Origin: Candidatus Krumholzibacteriia bacterium | GTDB lineage: Bacteria > Krumholzibacteriota > Krumholzibacteriia > LZORAL124-64-63 | Length of the DNA stretch: 39,747 nucleotides | Assembly: GCA_036351155.1 (NCBI GenBank) | Contig: JAZBOO010000127.1 | Location: 1-39,747, forward strand | Direction: 5' to 3' | Shown: in pieces, positions 23,429 to 32,022 of the stretch | How positions within the stretch are numbered: position 1 is the stretch's first letter | Layout of the letters: each line of letters opens with the position of its first letter | Position numbers and translations under genes: made by a program | Notes under the pieces: model-generated | The model's database searches: none | The model's input: only the letters and a program-made list of their open reading frames with translations | What the model was told of the DNA's origin: nothing

Positions 23429-24722
23429 GCGCGGGCAAGTCTTCAGGGTCCAGAGCCGCCAGGGGGTCCTTGAGACCGTGCCCTGTGACCATCACCGCCA
23501 CCGTGTCTTCCGGCTGGATCAGGCCCCTGGCCAGGGCGGTGGGAATGCCGGCCAGAGCCGCGGCGGCCGACGGTTCGGCAAATACGCCGGCCGTGGCGGC
23601 CAGGTCCTTGATCGCCTGCCTGATCTGATCATCATCCACCTGCACGAAGCCGCCTCCGGAACCCGCCACGTATTTCCAGGCCTTGATGCGATTGCGCGGA
23701 ATACCCACGGCGATGGAATCGGCCAGGGTATGGGGAACCAGTGGAGCCACGGCCTGGAGAATGCCCGGGCCATCCAGCTGCTGAGGGTCCGGGCACTGCT
23801 CCCAGGCCTGGGCCAGGGGTGCGGCGCCAGAGGCCTGCACGCCGATGATCTTCGGGCAGGGCGGGGTCAGTCCCAGCGCGGCCATTTCGGTGAAGGCCTT
23901 GGCCACGGAGGACACGATGCAACCATCGCCCACCGGGACCAGGACCGCGTCAGGCCAGCTGGACTGACAGTCGGCCAGGCCCTGCGTCAAATCCCAGATC
24001 AGTTCCAGGGTGGCGGTTTTCTTGCCCTCGACCAGAACCGGATTGTGGGCACAGTTGCGGCTGTACCAGTCATTACGTGCGATTTGCTCCAGAGAGAGTT
24101 CGAAGGCCTGGTCGTAGGTCCCATCGATGCGCACCACCTGGGCCCCGTGCAGGACCACCTGGGCCAGCTTGCCCATGGGGGCCGAGGCGGGAACGTAGAT
24201 ATGGCAAGGCAGGCCGGCCCGGGCCGTCAGCAGGGCCAGGCTGGCCGCGGCATTTCCCGTGGATGCGCAGGCCAGGATGTCCCGGCGAAGTTGCCGGGCA
24301 TGGGCCACGGCCATGGCCGAGGCCCTGTCCTTCAGACTGGCCGAGGGCAATCCCGTTTCATCCTTGAGAAAAAGGCGCGCGATCCCCAGTTTTTCCGCCA
24401 GACGAGGGGACTGGTGGAGATGCGTTCCCCCCAGAGCCCAGGCCGGATGATGCGCGGTGGGCACCACCGGCAGAAGCTTGGCAAAACGCCACATGGCTCC
24501 GGCGCCGTGGGGTGAGAAATTCAGCCCTGCCGGAACACCGGTGATGTCGCGGCGCAGACCCTCCAGGTCGAACACCCCGTCCATGATTCCTTCTAGCCCG
24601 CAGCTGGGGCAAACGTTCCCGGCAAAGGCGGCATTCTCTTCCCGGCCACACAGCACACAACGGTAGCCGGCGAAGCGAGGATTCAGATCCACATCGGGCA
24701 AGCGGGGCGAGGGGGAGGTCAT
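23412..24722 (-). CDS. thrC: Threonine synthase-like fold-type II PLP enzyme
   Basis: N-terminal CxxC...CxxC, SASLKDRAS (PLP Lys), ASTGNAA, EGKKT, PVGDG, EPSAAA, TGHGLKD. Substrate is not certain. Confidence 0.75.
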   Translation of the reverse strand: MTSPSPRLPDVDLNPRFAGYRCVLCGREENAAFAGNVCPSCGLEGIMDGVFDLEGLRRDITGVPAGLNFSPHGAGAMWRFAKLLPVVPTAHHPAWALGGTHLHQSPRLAEKLGIARLFLKDETGLPSASLKDRASAMAVAHARQLRRDILACASTGNAAASLALLTARAGLPCHIYVPASAPMGKLAQVVLHGAQVVRIDGTYDQAFELSLEQIARNDWYSRNCAHNPVLVEGKKTATLELIWDLTQGLADCQSSWPDAVLVPVGDGCIVSSVAKAFTEMAALGLTPPCPKIIGVQASGAAPLAQAWEQCPDPQQLDGPGILQAVAPLVPHTLADSIAVGIPRNRIKAWKYVAGSGGGFVQVDDDQIRQAIKDLAATAGVFAEPSAAAALAGIPTALARGLIQPEDTVAVMVTGHGLKDPLAALDPEDLPAPIPAS

Positions 24723-24841
24723 GTTCCACCTACAGGGTCGTAGCCGGAGCTGCTGGGTCCGGCAGAGCGAGCTTGGGCACGGGGCGATCCAGGGAAAATA
24801 CCCCAGAACCGGGTCTTCATCCAGATCCTATTTGGGATCCG

Positions 24842-24876
24842 TGAAAAAGGGCCACCCGAGGGTCGCCCTTTTTTCA
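24842..24876. terminator. Bidirectional-looking intrinsic terminator downstream of the lamin-tail gene
   Basis: TGAAAAAGGGC-CACCCGAGGGTC-GCCCTTTTTTCA. Confidence 0.8.
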
Positions 24877-24911
24877 GCAGGTCATTTCCCTGGCTGCGCA
24901 GCCATTTTCGA

Positions 24912-25535
24912 TCAGCGATAGGTCGCCTTCAAGCCGCCCCAGGTGTTGATGCCGCTGGACACGCTGGTGCAATCCGAGACATGGGTTCCCAGACCGGTGA
25001 AATCATCACTGGGCAGGAAATCGAAGGAAGCGCAGGGATTGTAGGGATCATCGGGCTGGGTGTCGCCTTCACAGAAGGAGAGAACCCGCCGCAGGGTGGC
25101 ATTCAGGGTGGTGCCGCCGGGACAGGTCCAGGCGGTGCCCGGATCCATGCCCACCTGTCCGATACTGTCGATCACCTGAGCACCGCGCGACAGCACCACG
25201 GCATCGTCCCCGTTGAATTGCAGATCCACATGGGTCATGTCCGCCATGCCCACCAGCGTGGGATCGGCGGAGTCGTTGGTGATCACGAAAACATCCCCGG
25301 GCACCAGGCTGACCGCCGGCAGGGGGATGGTCGTGGAAGTGGCCGAACCATTGAAATAGCAATCGATGGCGAACTGGCTCAGGTCCACGGGATCCCCGGT
25401 ACCGTTATAGATTTCCAGGGCCTTGTTGTAGCCTGAACCTTCGACATACTCCGAGATGTACAGGTCGGCCGTTTGCGCCGAAGCCATCCCCACCAGAGCG
25501 GTGCCGAGCATCATCAGCGTGAGCAAAGTTTTCAT
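24912..25535 (-). CDS. Secreted lamin-tail-domain protein (207 aa) with a C-terminal TWGGLKATYR tail
   Basis: GGAGG RBS; signal peptide MKTLLTLMMLGTALVGMASA; LTD signature LYISEYVEGSGYNKALEIYNGTG, FNGDDAVVL, VIDSIG. Confidence 0.8.
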   Translation of the reverse strand: MKTLLTLMMLGTALVGMASAQTADLYISEYVEGSGYNKALEIYNGTGDPVDLSQFAIDCYFNGSATSTTIPLPAVSLVPGDVFVITNDSADPTLVGMADMTHVDLQFNGDDAVVLSRGAQVIDSIGQVGMDPGTAWTCPGGTTLNATLRRVLSFCEGDTQPDDPYNPCASFDFLPSDDFTGLGTHVSDCTSVSSGINTWGGLKATYR

Positions 25536-25683
25536 AGAGCCTCCCGGTTTAGCCGACAAACAAGGGCGAGGCCGCTAACCTGATGAGGTGTTGAGTTTTA
25601 GTGCGAACGACCCTGATCATAACACAAGTGGGCCCCGAAGTCAGCACAAAACGCCCCATCAGCTTGCAGCAGGCCGTCCTTTT

Positions 25684-27063
25684 TCAGCTTTGCCAGCCCA
25701 TGGATTTCCACATGCGGGCGGCGGTTTTTTGCAGCAGGGCAGCTTCCACCGGGGGAGCATCGCCATTGTGATAAACCCGGCGGCCGCCCACGTACACCGC
25801 ATGGATATCCCAGGGGTGGAAGTCGAACAGGAGGTGGCCGAGCCAGGTGTCGGTGGTCAGGGGCGTTTTCTGGAAATTTTCCAGCACAATGAAGTCGGCC
25901 GGAGCGCCGGCATCCAGGCTGCCGAAGGGCTCGCCAAATATTTCACGGGCCAGGCGGTAGTTGCCCAGCCAGAAGCGGGCGGCGTCGGCGTGACTCAGGG
26001 GGCCGCGACCGCCCTCGTTGCCGCGGAAGAACGTGGTGCGCAGTTCGCCCCACAGGTTATCGTCCAGGCCGTCGGTGCCCAGGCCGCAGTTCAGGGGGAA
26101 CCGGTCCACGGGAGCCCGGCCCACGCCGTTGTTCATGTTGGAGCGCCCGCAGTGGATCAGCCAGACCCCTTTTTCCTCCAGGGTCTGCATGTCGATGGGG
26201 GACAGGTCCACGCCGTGGGCGAACACGCTGCCGGGCCGGATCAGCCCGAACCGCTCCAGGCGATCCAGGGGATCGGGCCAGCCCCGATCATGGCTCACCT
26301 CGCGGTCGGTAACCCCTTCGGCCAGGTGGATGTGCAGGCCCACGCCCTGCCGGCTGCAGATGCCCTCGAGCAGCTCCAGCGTGCGCTCCTCCAGGGTGAA
26401 GCTGGCATGGGCTCCGACCATTCCCTTGAAGCTGGGCACACCGGACTTGGGGCCGTCGGCCAGCTTCTGCAGGTAGCGCTCGTTCTCCTCCAGGGTGATG
26501 TCGCGCTGGCCCTTGCCGCCACGGTCGGTGACCTCGTAGCACAGGCAGCCGCGCAGGCCAACTTCCGCCAGTCCTTTCTCCACCCGGTCCAGGGAGTTGC
26601 CCACGGCGGCCAGGCTGGCGTGATGGTCGAAAACCAGGGTGGTCCCGCAACGCACGGCATCCCAGCTGCCGGCCACCGCGCTCAGGTACACCGCCTCGGC
26701 GTCCAGGCTGCGGTCCAGGGGCCACCAGATCTCGGTGAGGATATCGGTGAAGGTGTCCAGGGGCTTGGTGGACAGCGGCATGCCCGCAGCCAGTGAGGCA
26801 TAAAGATGCCCGTGGGCATTGATGTTGCCCGGCATGACCGTCACGCCCTTGAGATCGATGACCTGGTCCGCGGGCCCCGGTGCGATGGAAGCCGCCCGTT
26901 CGACAATGCGTTCCCCGGCGATCCTCAGGTCGACCCGCTCCACCCGGGGGGAGGCCTCGGCATCCATGGCCACAGGGAAGTAATCGAGCACGGTCGCGTT
27001 CTTGATCAGGATGGTCTTGTCCCCGCTTTCGGCGGGCTTACCACCGGTCCCCATGTCACTCAC
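25684..27063 (-). CDS. ssnA: SsnA-like metal-dependent amidohydrolase
   Basis: HGHLY metal motif, IWWPLDRSLD, GTTLVFDHHAS, GAHASFTL, HIHLAEG, SNMNNGVG, GLGTDG; GTG start after GGAGG. Confidence 0.72.
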   Translation of the reverse strand: MSDMGTGGKPAESGDKTILIKNATVLDYFPVAMDAEASPRVERVDLRIAGERIVERAASIAPGPADQVIDLKGVTVMPGNINAHGHLYASLAAGMPLSTKPLDTFTDILTEIWWPLDRSLDAEAVYLSAVAGSWDAVRCGTTLVFDHHASLAAVGNSLDRVEKGLAEVGLRGCLCYEVTDRGGKGQRDITLEENERYLQKLADGPKSGVPSFKGMVGAHASFTLEERTLELLEGICSRQGVGLHIHLAEGVTDREVSHDRGWPDPLDRLERFGLIRPGSVFAHGVDLSPIDMQTLEEKGVWLIHCGRSNMNNGVGRAPVDRFPLNCGLGTDGLDDNLWGELRTTFFRGNEGGRGPLSHADAARFWLGNYRLAREIFGEPFGSLDAGAPADFIVLENFQKTPLTTDTWLGHLLFDFHPWDIHAVYVGGRRVYHNGDAPPVEAALLQKTAARMWKSMGWQS

Positions 27064-27158
27064 TGTGGGCCTCCAGGTCGTGGGAAGATTGGTCCGTTCA
27101 TGCCCCCCAAATTTAGCACATGAATTATGGACTGGGAAATTCGGTTCAACAATCGGAT

Positions 27159-27190
27159 AAAAAAAGCCCCGGCTCAGGGCGAGCCGGGGC
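27159..27190 (-). terminator. Intrinsic terminator of the Gld-like operon
   Basis: GCCCCGGCTC-AGGGC-GAGCCGGGGC 10-bp stem with an A7 tract (U7 on the minus strand). Confidence 0.85.
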
Positions 27191-27208
27191 CGTGAAAGTG
27201 GCCCAACC

Positions 27209-28246
27209 TCAGGGTTGCAGGTCGGTCAGGGCCTTGAACAGGTTCCGGGTGGTGTAATCGGTCACCAGCCAGATCCGCGGCGAACCTTCCAGGCGCAGGT
27301 AGGTCCCGGCCTGCTGGCCACCAGCGGCTTCCCGGGTGGCCCCGAACTGGAGCTCCCGCGTGGTGCCGTCCTGCAGGTGCAGGGTGACCGTACGCACGAC
27401 CTGGTCCAGGCCGTACTGGTCCAGGGACACCGAGGGATCGGCCACATCGGTGGCCCGGATGGAAACGGCCGCTCCCAGCACGGCGTCCACCTTGGTCTTG
27501 GCCAGAGCGGTGTCCGGAGCGCCTTCCAGACGCCATTCCCAGGTCAGGCGATCCACCTCGGGCGTGGTCCCCTCGGGCGCGTCCTCCGGCAACTCTTCGA
27601 CCGCGAACTCCTTCACCAGATCCAGGGTCACTTCTCCGTCACGCAGCACCAGGCGATCCACATCCAGGCGGTCCTCCTTGATGGCCTGCAGTTCCAGGAA
27701 GAACTTCGACTGAGGAGCTTCGGGTGCGCCGTAGATGCCCAGGTTGCCCAGAATGCTTTTCTGGGTCAGCCACACCTTGTCCTGGCCGGGCAGACTGACG
27801 AACTGGCCGGGAAACCGCTCGGGCGTCTTGCCGATGTCCAGGGCCAGGACCTCCTGTCCCTGCGGGTCGTACCCGCGCACCTTGACCGCACCCGCCGAGT
27901 CCAGGCCATACTGGTCCAGGACCCCGGCCTTGTCCGAACGGAACTCGCCGGTCAGATTGCTCAGCCCCCGCAGCAGGGTGTCCAGGCGCTGCTCGCTGGC
28001 CGGCGTGTCAAAGGCGGTGTCCACCAGCCATCCGGCGGGCGAGGTGGTCATGACCACCGCTTCCGGGTTGTCGGCAAAGCCCAGGGTGATCTTGCCCAGG
28101 TTGTCCCTGGTGAACTCCTGGTCCAGAACCACCTCGAGAGCCGAACCACTGGTGCTGGCGCGGTGGCTGCTCTTCTGCCAGAAGTTGATCCCGGCCAGGG
28201 CCACCAGAATGACGGCCAGGATCACCAGATTTCTTGTCTTCAGCAT
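27209..28246 (-). CDS. DUF4340-like protein (N-terminal TM anchor, two repeated domains)
   Basis: Repeated LDQYGLD motif; typical position after a GldG-like gene. Confidence 0.75.
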   Translation of the reverse strand: MLKTRNLVILAVILVALAGINFWQKSSHRASTSGSALEVVLDQEFTRDNLGKITLGFADNPEAVVMTTSPAGWLVDTAFDTPASEQRLDTLLRGLSNLTGEFRSDKAGVLDQYGLDSAGAVKVRGYDPQGQEVLALDIGKTPERFPGQFVSLPGQDKVWLTQKSILGNLGIYGAPEAPQSKFFLELQAIKEDRLDVDRLVLRDGEVTLDLVKEFAVEELPEDAPEGTTPEVDRLTWEWRLEGAPDTALAKTKVDAVLGAAVSIRATDVADPSVSLDQYGLDQVVRTVTLHLQDGTTRELQFGATREAAGGQQAGTYLRLEGSPRIWLVTDYTTRNLFKALTDLQP

Positions 28247-28258
28247 ATCCCGACCTCC

Positions 28259-30034
28259 TTAAGCATTTCGCTGAGCACCCTGCAGGCGCTTGAGTTCTTG
28301 ACGATAACGATGGGCTTCCTTGCGCCGCATGGCCGAACGGGTGAACCCGTAGCCGGCCAGCAGCACCGGAACCAGGAAGATGGTCACCACGCGCCAGAAC
28401 ACCTTGCCGCCCTGATCGACGGGCCGGATGATCCGCTGGGTCAGGGTCTTGCTGCGGATGCTCAGCAGTTCCTGGCTGCCGGCCAGGTAGTCCGCCGCAT
28501 TCAGCAGCAGCAGAGGGTTCTGCATGGCGCCCACGATGTTGTCGTCAAACATCTTGGCGCTCCCGATGACAAGCAGCTGGCCGGGCGCGGGTGTCACCGG
28601 GCCGGGAATATCCGGGCCCAGGTCCAGGGGGGTGGCCTGCTCCTCGGGATTGGTCACCGCCGGCTGGGGCCACTGGGGAATGTCCCGGTTCACATAGGCA
28701 TCGGGGAACTGGCCTTCCACCAGCACAGCCAGAGGACGGGGTCCTTCCATCTGCTTGCCTTCGGGGGAGAAGATGGCGGCGGACAGCGGCCCGTCACTCC
28801 AGGGTTCGGACCAGTTCTGGCCGCTGCTGGACATCAGGGTGGTAGCCGTCAAGCCCAGGTCGGAAAGCCTGGTCTCGTCCATTTCCACGGGCGTGCCCCA
28901 GAGGTAGAACAAGGAACCGATGCGGTTGACCAGTTCCGAGTCCTGATCCATCTGCGTTTCGGTGACCTTGATCTGCATGGGCAGCTTCACCGGCTCGCGG
29001 GTCTGCATGCGCAACCCGCCGAGGTTCACCTCACGCGGCAGGTCGATGGTCTCCTGGGCCAGGTCGAAGAAGTGGTCCTGATCCACGGAGATACCGTAGG
29101 CGTTCAGCAACGTATCCAGTCCGGTGGAAACTTGCTGGCCGCTGATCTGCCAGCCGCGGTTGCCCGAGGGGCTGTAGCCATACTCGTGGGCCTGGACCGC
29201 CATGATGACCGGCACGCCGCTCTGGAGGGTCCGCCCGATCTCGAACACCTGTCGTTCGTTCAGCTGGGTCACACCCATGACGATCAGCAGATCGATGTCC
29301 TCGGGAATGGGGGCCTCACGGGTGATGTCCACCGGTACGGTCTCGTAGTGCCCCTGATTTAGGATCTGGCCGATCATGCTGAACTGCTCCACCGGCGCAG
29401 GCGGCTGCATTCCCTGCTGCATGTACATCATGGCCATCTGCTGATCGATTTCCTTCTTGGGCCCGAACACGGCCACCCGGGGAGTGTCGGTGCGGGTCAA
29501 GCGGTACACCGGTCCGATGATGTCCTGTTCCAGGGCGGGCAAGCTCTGGGGCAGCACCTGGGGCAGGATCTCCTCCGGCTTGTCCAGGTAGGCGATGGTG
29601 ATGGCGCTCCAGATGAGCTTGACGCCCACCTCGTCCTTCTCCACCGAGCGCACCTGGAAGGGCTGCACGCCCTTGCCCGCCAGGGTGTTCTGCATCTCTT
29701 CATCGTCCTGGGGATTCAGCACCTCGTACTGGAGCATCCCCTCGGACACGCTCTCGAAGTTGCGCATCTGCTCGCTGATGTCACGCTCGAGGTTGCGCAG
29801 CTGGGTGGGCATCTTCTCGGCGGGGGTGATGTACAGCTTGACCTGCACGGGCACCTCCAGCCCCTTGAGGATGTCGGCCGCCGCAGGGGTCATGGTGAAC
29901 AGCTTGTCGCTGGTCATGTCCACCCGGGCGTTCTGCAGGTTGCTGGTGACCGAGATCAGGAAGAACACGATGGCCGTCAACAGCACGGCGGCGACTCCGA
30001 AGGTCACGCGGAAACTGGTCCGTTTGGCGCTCAT
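28259..30034 (-). CDS. GldG-like ABC auxiliary component (591 aa)
   Basis: RVDMTSDKLFTMT after an N-terminal TM helix, large periplasmic domain, LLNAADYL...LLSIRSK, C-terminal TM helix; TAATG overlap with the upstream gene. Confidence 0.82.
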   Translation of the reverse strand: MSAKRTSFRVTFGVAAVLLTAIVFFLISVTSNLQNARVDMTSDKLFTMTPAAADILKGLEVPVQVKLYITPAEKMPTQLRNLERDISEQMRNFESVSEGMLQYEVLNPQDDEEMQNTLAGKGVQPFQVRSVEKDEVGVKLIWSAITIAYLDKPEEILPQVLPQSLPALEQDIIGPVYRLTRTDTPRVAVFGPKKEIDQQMAMMYMQQGMQPPAPVEQFSMIGQILNQGHYETVPVDITREAPIPEDIDLLIVMGVTQLNERQVFEIGRTLQSGVPVIMAVQAHEYGYSPSGNRGWQISGQQVSTGLDTLLNAYGISVDQDHFFDLAQETIDLPREVNLGGLRMQTREPVKLPMQIKVTETQMDQDSELVNRIGSLFYLWGTPVEMDETRLSDLGLTATTLMSSSGQNWSEPWSDGPLSAAIFSPEGKQMEGPRPLAVLVEGQFPDAYVNRDIPQWPQPAVTNPEEQATPLDLGPDIPGPVTPAPGQLLVIGSAKMFDDNIVGAMQNPLLLLNAADYLAGSQELLSIRSKTLTQRIIRPVDQGGKVFWRVVTIFLVPVLLAGYGFTRSAMRRKEAHRYRQELKRLQGAQRNA

Positions 30035-30759
30035 TAGTACTTCCTCCCTTCCAGCCACATGGTGTTCAAGATGAGGAACACGGCGGTCAACCCCACGAAG
30101 TAGGTGAGGTCACCCAGGGAAATCACCCCGCGCATCATCATGTCGTAATGTCCGGACAGACCCAGGTGGCTCTGCAGGAAGCCCCCGATGCCGGGGAACC
30201 AGCCGTCGATGGTCGCGGCGATGAAGTCCATCCCCAGCAACATGATCACCAGGCAGGCCATGATGCCCAGGATGACGGCCGAGATCTGGTCACGGGTAAG
30301 ACCGCTGGTGAATGATCCGATGCCCAGGTAAAGCGCGCCCAGCAAGGCGGCCCCGATGTATCCGGAGACCATGGCCCCGGTGTCGGGGTTGCCCAGGGCG
30401 GACACCATGATGGGCAAGGGCAGGGTGCCCGCCAGCGCCACCAGGTAGAAGCCCAGGGCGGCCAGGTACTTGCCCAGCATGACCTCGCTGGCGGTCATGG
30501 GCAGGGTCATGAGCAGCTCGAAGGTGCCGGTGCGCTTGTCCTCGGCCCACAGCCGCATGCTGACCGCGGGAATGAAGAAGATCAGGAACCAGGGCAAGCT
30601 TCCGAAGAAGTTGCGCAGATCGGCCGCTCCGCTCAGGAAAAACCCGGTCATGAACAGCACCGAGTTGAAGGCCAGAAATGCGATGATGAAAATGTACGCG
30701 ATGGGGCTGTTGAAATAGGCCCCGAACTCGCGACGGAAAACGGTCAAGGTGCCACGCAT
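30034..30759 (-). CDS. GldF-like ABC-2 permease
   Basis: RREFGAYFNSPIAY, MRLWAEDKRTGTFELLMTLP, LGKYLA. Confidence 0.88.
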   Translation of the reverse strand: MRGTLTVFRREFGAYFNSPIAYIFIIAFLAFNSVLFMTGFFLSGAADLRNFFGSLPWFLIFFIPAVSMRLWAEDKRTGTFELLMTLPMTASEVMLGKYLAALGFYLVALAGTLPLPIMVSALGNPDTGAMVSGYIGAALLGALYLGIGSFTSGLTRDQISAVILGIMACLVIMLLGMDFIAATIDGWFPGIGGFLQSHLGLSGHYDMMMRGVISLGDLTYFVGLTAVFLILNTMWLEGRKY

Positions 30760-31712
30760 CACGCCGCCCCCCTTTCCCCGCGGGAACGCTGGGTCAGGGC
30801 GATGAAGGTGTCCTCGAGGCTGAACGGCGATTCGTGCAGTTCCGCGAGAGCCCAGCCGCGGTCCGCAGCCAGGGCCACCAGGGCGCCGGTCAGGTCGAGA
30901 TCGAAGGCGGCCCGGACCTCGAAGCGGAGGGTGTCCTGGTCAGACCCCAGGGGCGCCACCTCGACAATGCCGTCGAGGGCGCGCAGGGCACTTTCGGCCT
31001 GGTCGCCGGCTCCACGGAGGCCCACGTACACCCGGTTGGTGCCCATGGCGTCCCGGCTCAGATCGCCGATCCGGCCATCGGCGATGATCCGCCCCTCGTT
31101 GATGATGACCACGCGGTCGGTCACCGGGCTGACTTCCTGCAAGATGTGGGTGGAGAAGATGATGGTCTTGCTCCCGGCCAGGCTCTTGATCAGGTCGCGA
31201 ATCCCCAGGATCTGCAAAGGATCGAGGCCGCTGGTGGGCTCGTCCAGGATCAGGATGTCCGGGTCGTGGATCAGGGCCTGGGCCAGTCCGGTGCGCTGCT
31301 TGTAGCCCTTGGACAGCTCGCCGATGGTTTTCTTGTACTCGGTCACCAGTCCACAGGCCTGGACGCACCAGTCGAGACGATCGGCCAGCTGACGACCGCT
31401 CAGGCCACGGGCCTCGCCCACGAACTTCAGATACTCGTGCACATTCATGTCCAGATACAGGGGGACATTCTCGGGCAGGTAGCCGATGCGCCGACGCACA
31501 TCCAGCGGTTTCTCCAGGACATCGATCCCATCCACCTTCACGCTGCCGGAATCGGCGGCCAGAAAGGTGGTGATGATCTTCATGGTCGTGCTTTTGCCCG
31601 CACCGTTGGGGCCGAGAAATCCGAGGACTTCCCCCCGGCCGATCCCGAACGAAACGTTGTCAAGCGCGCGCATGGTCCCGAAGTCCTTGGTCAAACCACG
31701 AACTTCGATCAT
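30759..31712 (-). CDS. GldA-like ABC ATP-binding protein
   Basis: GPNGAGKSTT, LSKGYKQR, LDEPTSGLDP, STHIL; GAGGAG RBS. Start is ATG 31712 or GTG 31715. Confidence 0.9.
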   Translation of the reverse strand: MIEVRGLTKDFGTMRALDNVSFGIGRGEVLGFLGPNGAGKSTTMKIITTFLAADSGSVKVDGIDVLEKPLDVRRRIGYLPENVPLYLDMNVHEYLKFVGEARGLSGRQLADRLDWCVQACGLVTEYKKTIGELSKGYKQRTGLAQALIHDPDILILDEPTSGLDPLQILGIRDLIKSLAGSKTIIFSTHILQEVSPVTDRVVIINEGRIIADGRIGDLSRDAMGTNRVYVGLRGAGDQAESALRALDGIVEVAPLGSDQDTLRFEVRAAFDLDLTGALVALAADRGWALAELHESPFSLEDTFIALTQRSRGERGAA

Positions 31713-31732
31713 CACGAAGACTCCTCAGGGGT

Positions 31733-31920
31733 TAAAACCCGGATCTTTCATGAAGGAGTGTGACGAGGATGAGGAAAAACCGCTTCAGAGAAGGAGCTCG
31801 GAAGGATTTGCGAGGAAGGCGTACCCGATGCGGTACGTCGATCGAGCAAATCCGAGAACACCTTTTCTGAAGCGGTTTTAACCATCCGCAGTAGCTCCCT
31901 CACGAATGATCCGGGTTTCA
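31733..31920. repeat. 188-bp imperfect palindrome (long rod-like hairpin) in the leader of the Gld-like operon
   Basis: Paired arms: AAACCCGGATC (31735-45) with GATCCGGGTTT (31908-18); AAAACCGCTTCAGAGAAGG (31776-94) with CCTTTTCTGAAGCGGTTTT (31861-79); GGATTTGC with GCAAATCC; CGTACC with GGTACG. Confidence 0.9.
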
Positions 31921-31949
31921 GGTTCAAGGGAAAATGAAAACAGAGGGCA

Positions 31950-31978
31950 AACTTAGCCCAAATGGCCGGAAACGGCAA
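31950..31978 (-). promoter_or_regulatory. Candidate sigma70 promoter for the palindrome leader and Gld-like operon
   Basis: Minus strand TTGCCG (31978-73), 17-nt spacer, TAAGTT (31955-50). Confidence 0.45.
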
Positions 31979-32022
31979 TAACCGGGGAAAGTTCCCGGAA
32001 ATCGGGCCAAAATCGGGAAAAA

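Noticed and set aside
25545..25625. Hammerhead-like CTGATGAG core upstream of the lamin-tail gene
   Set aside because: It is followed by GAAC rather than GAAA, stem II is mostly wobble pairs, and no stem III can form.
31733..31930. Firm identification of the long hairpin as 6S RNA or SRP RNA
   Set aside because: The size fits 6S, but the centre is tightly paired with no large bubble, and the SRP domain IV motif is not properly formed. Left as an unassigned element.
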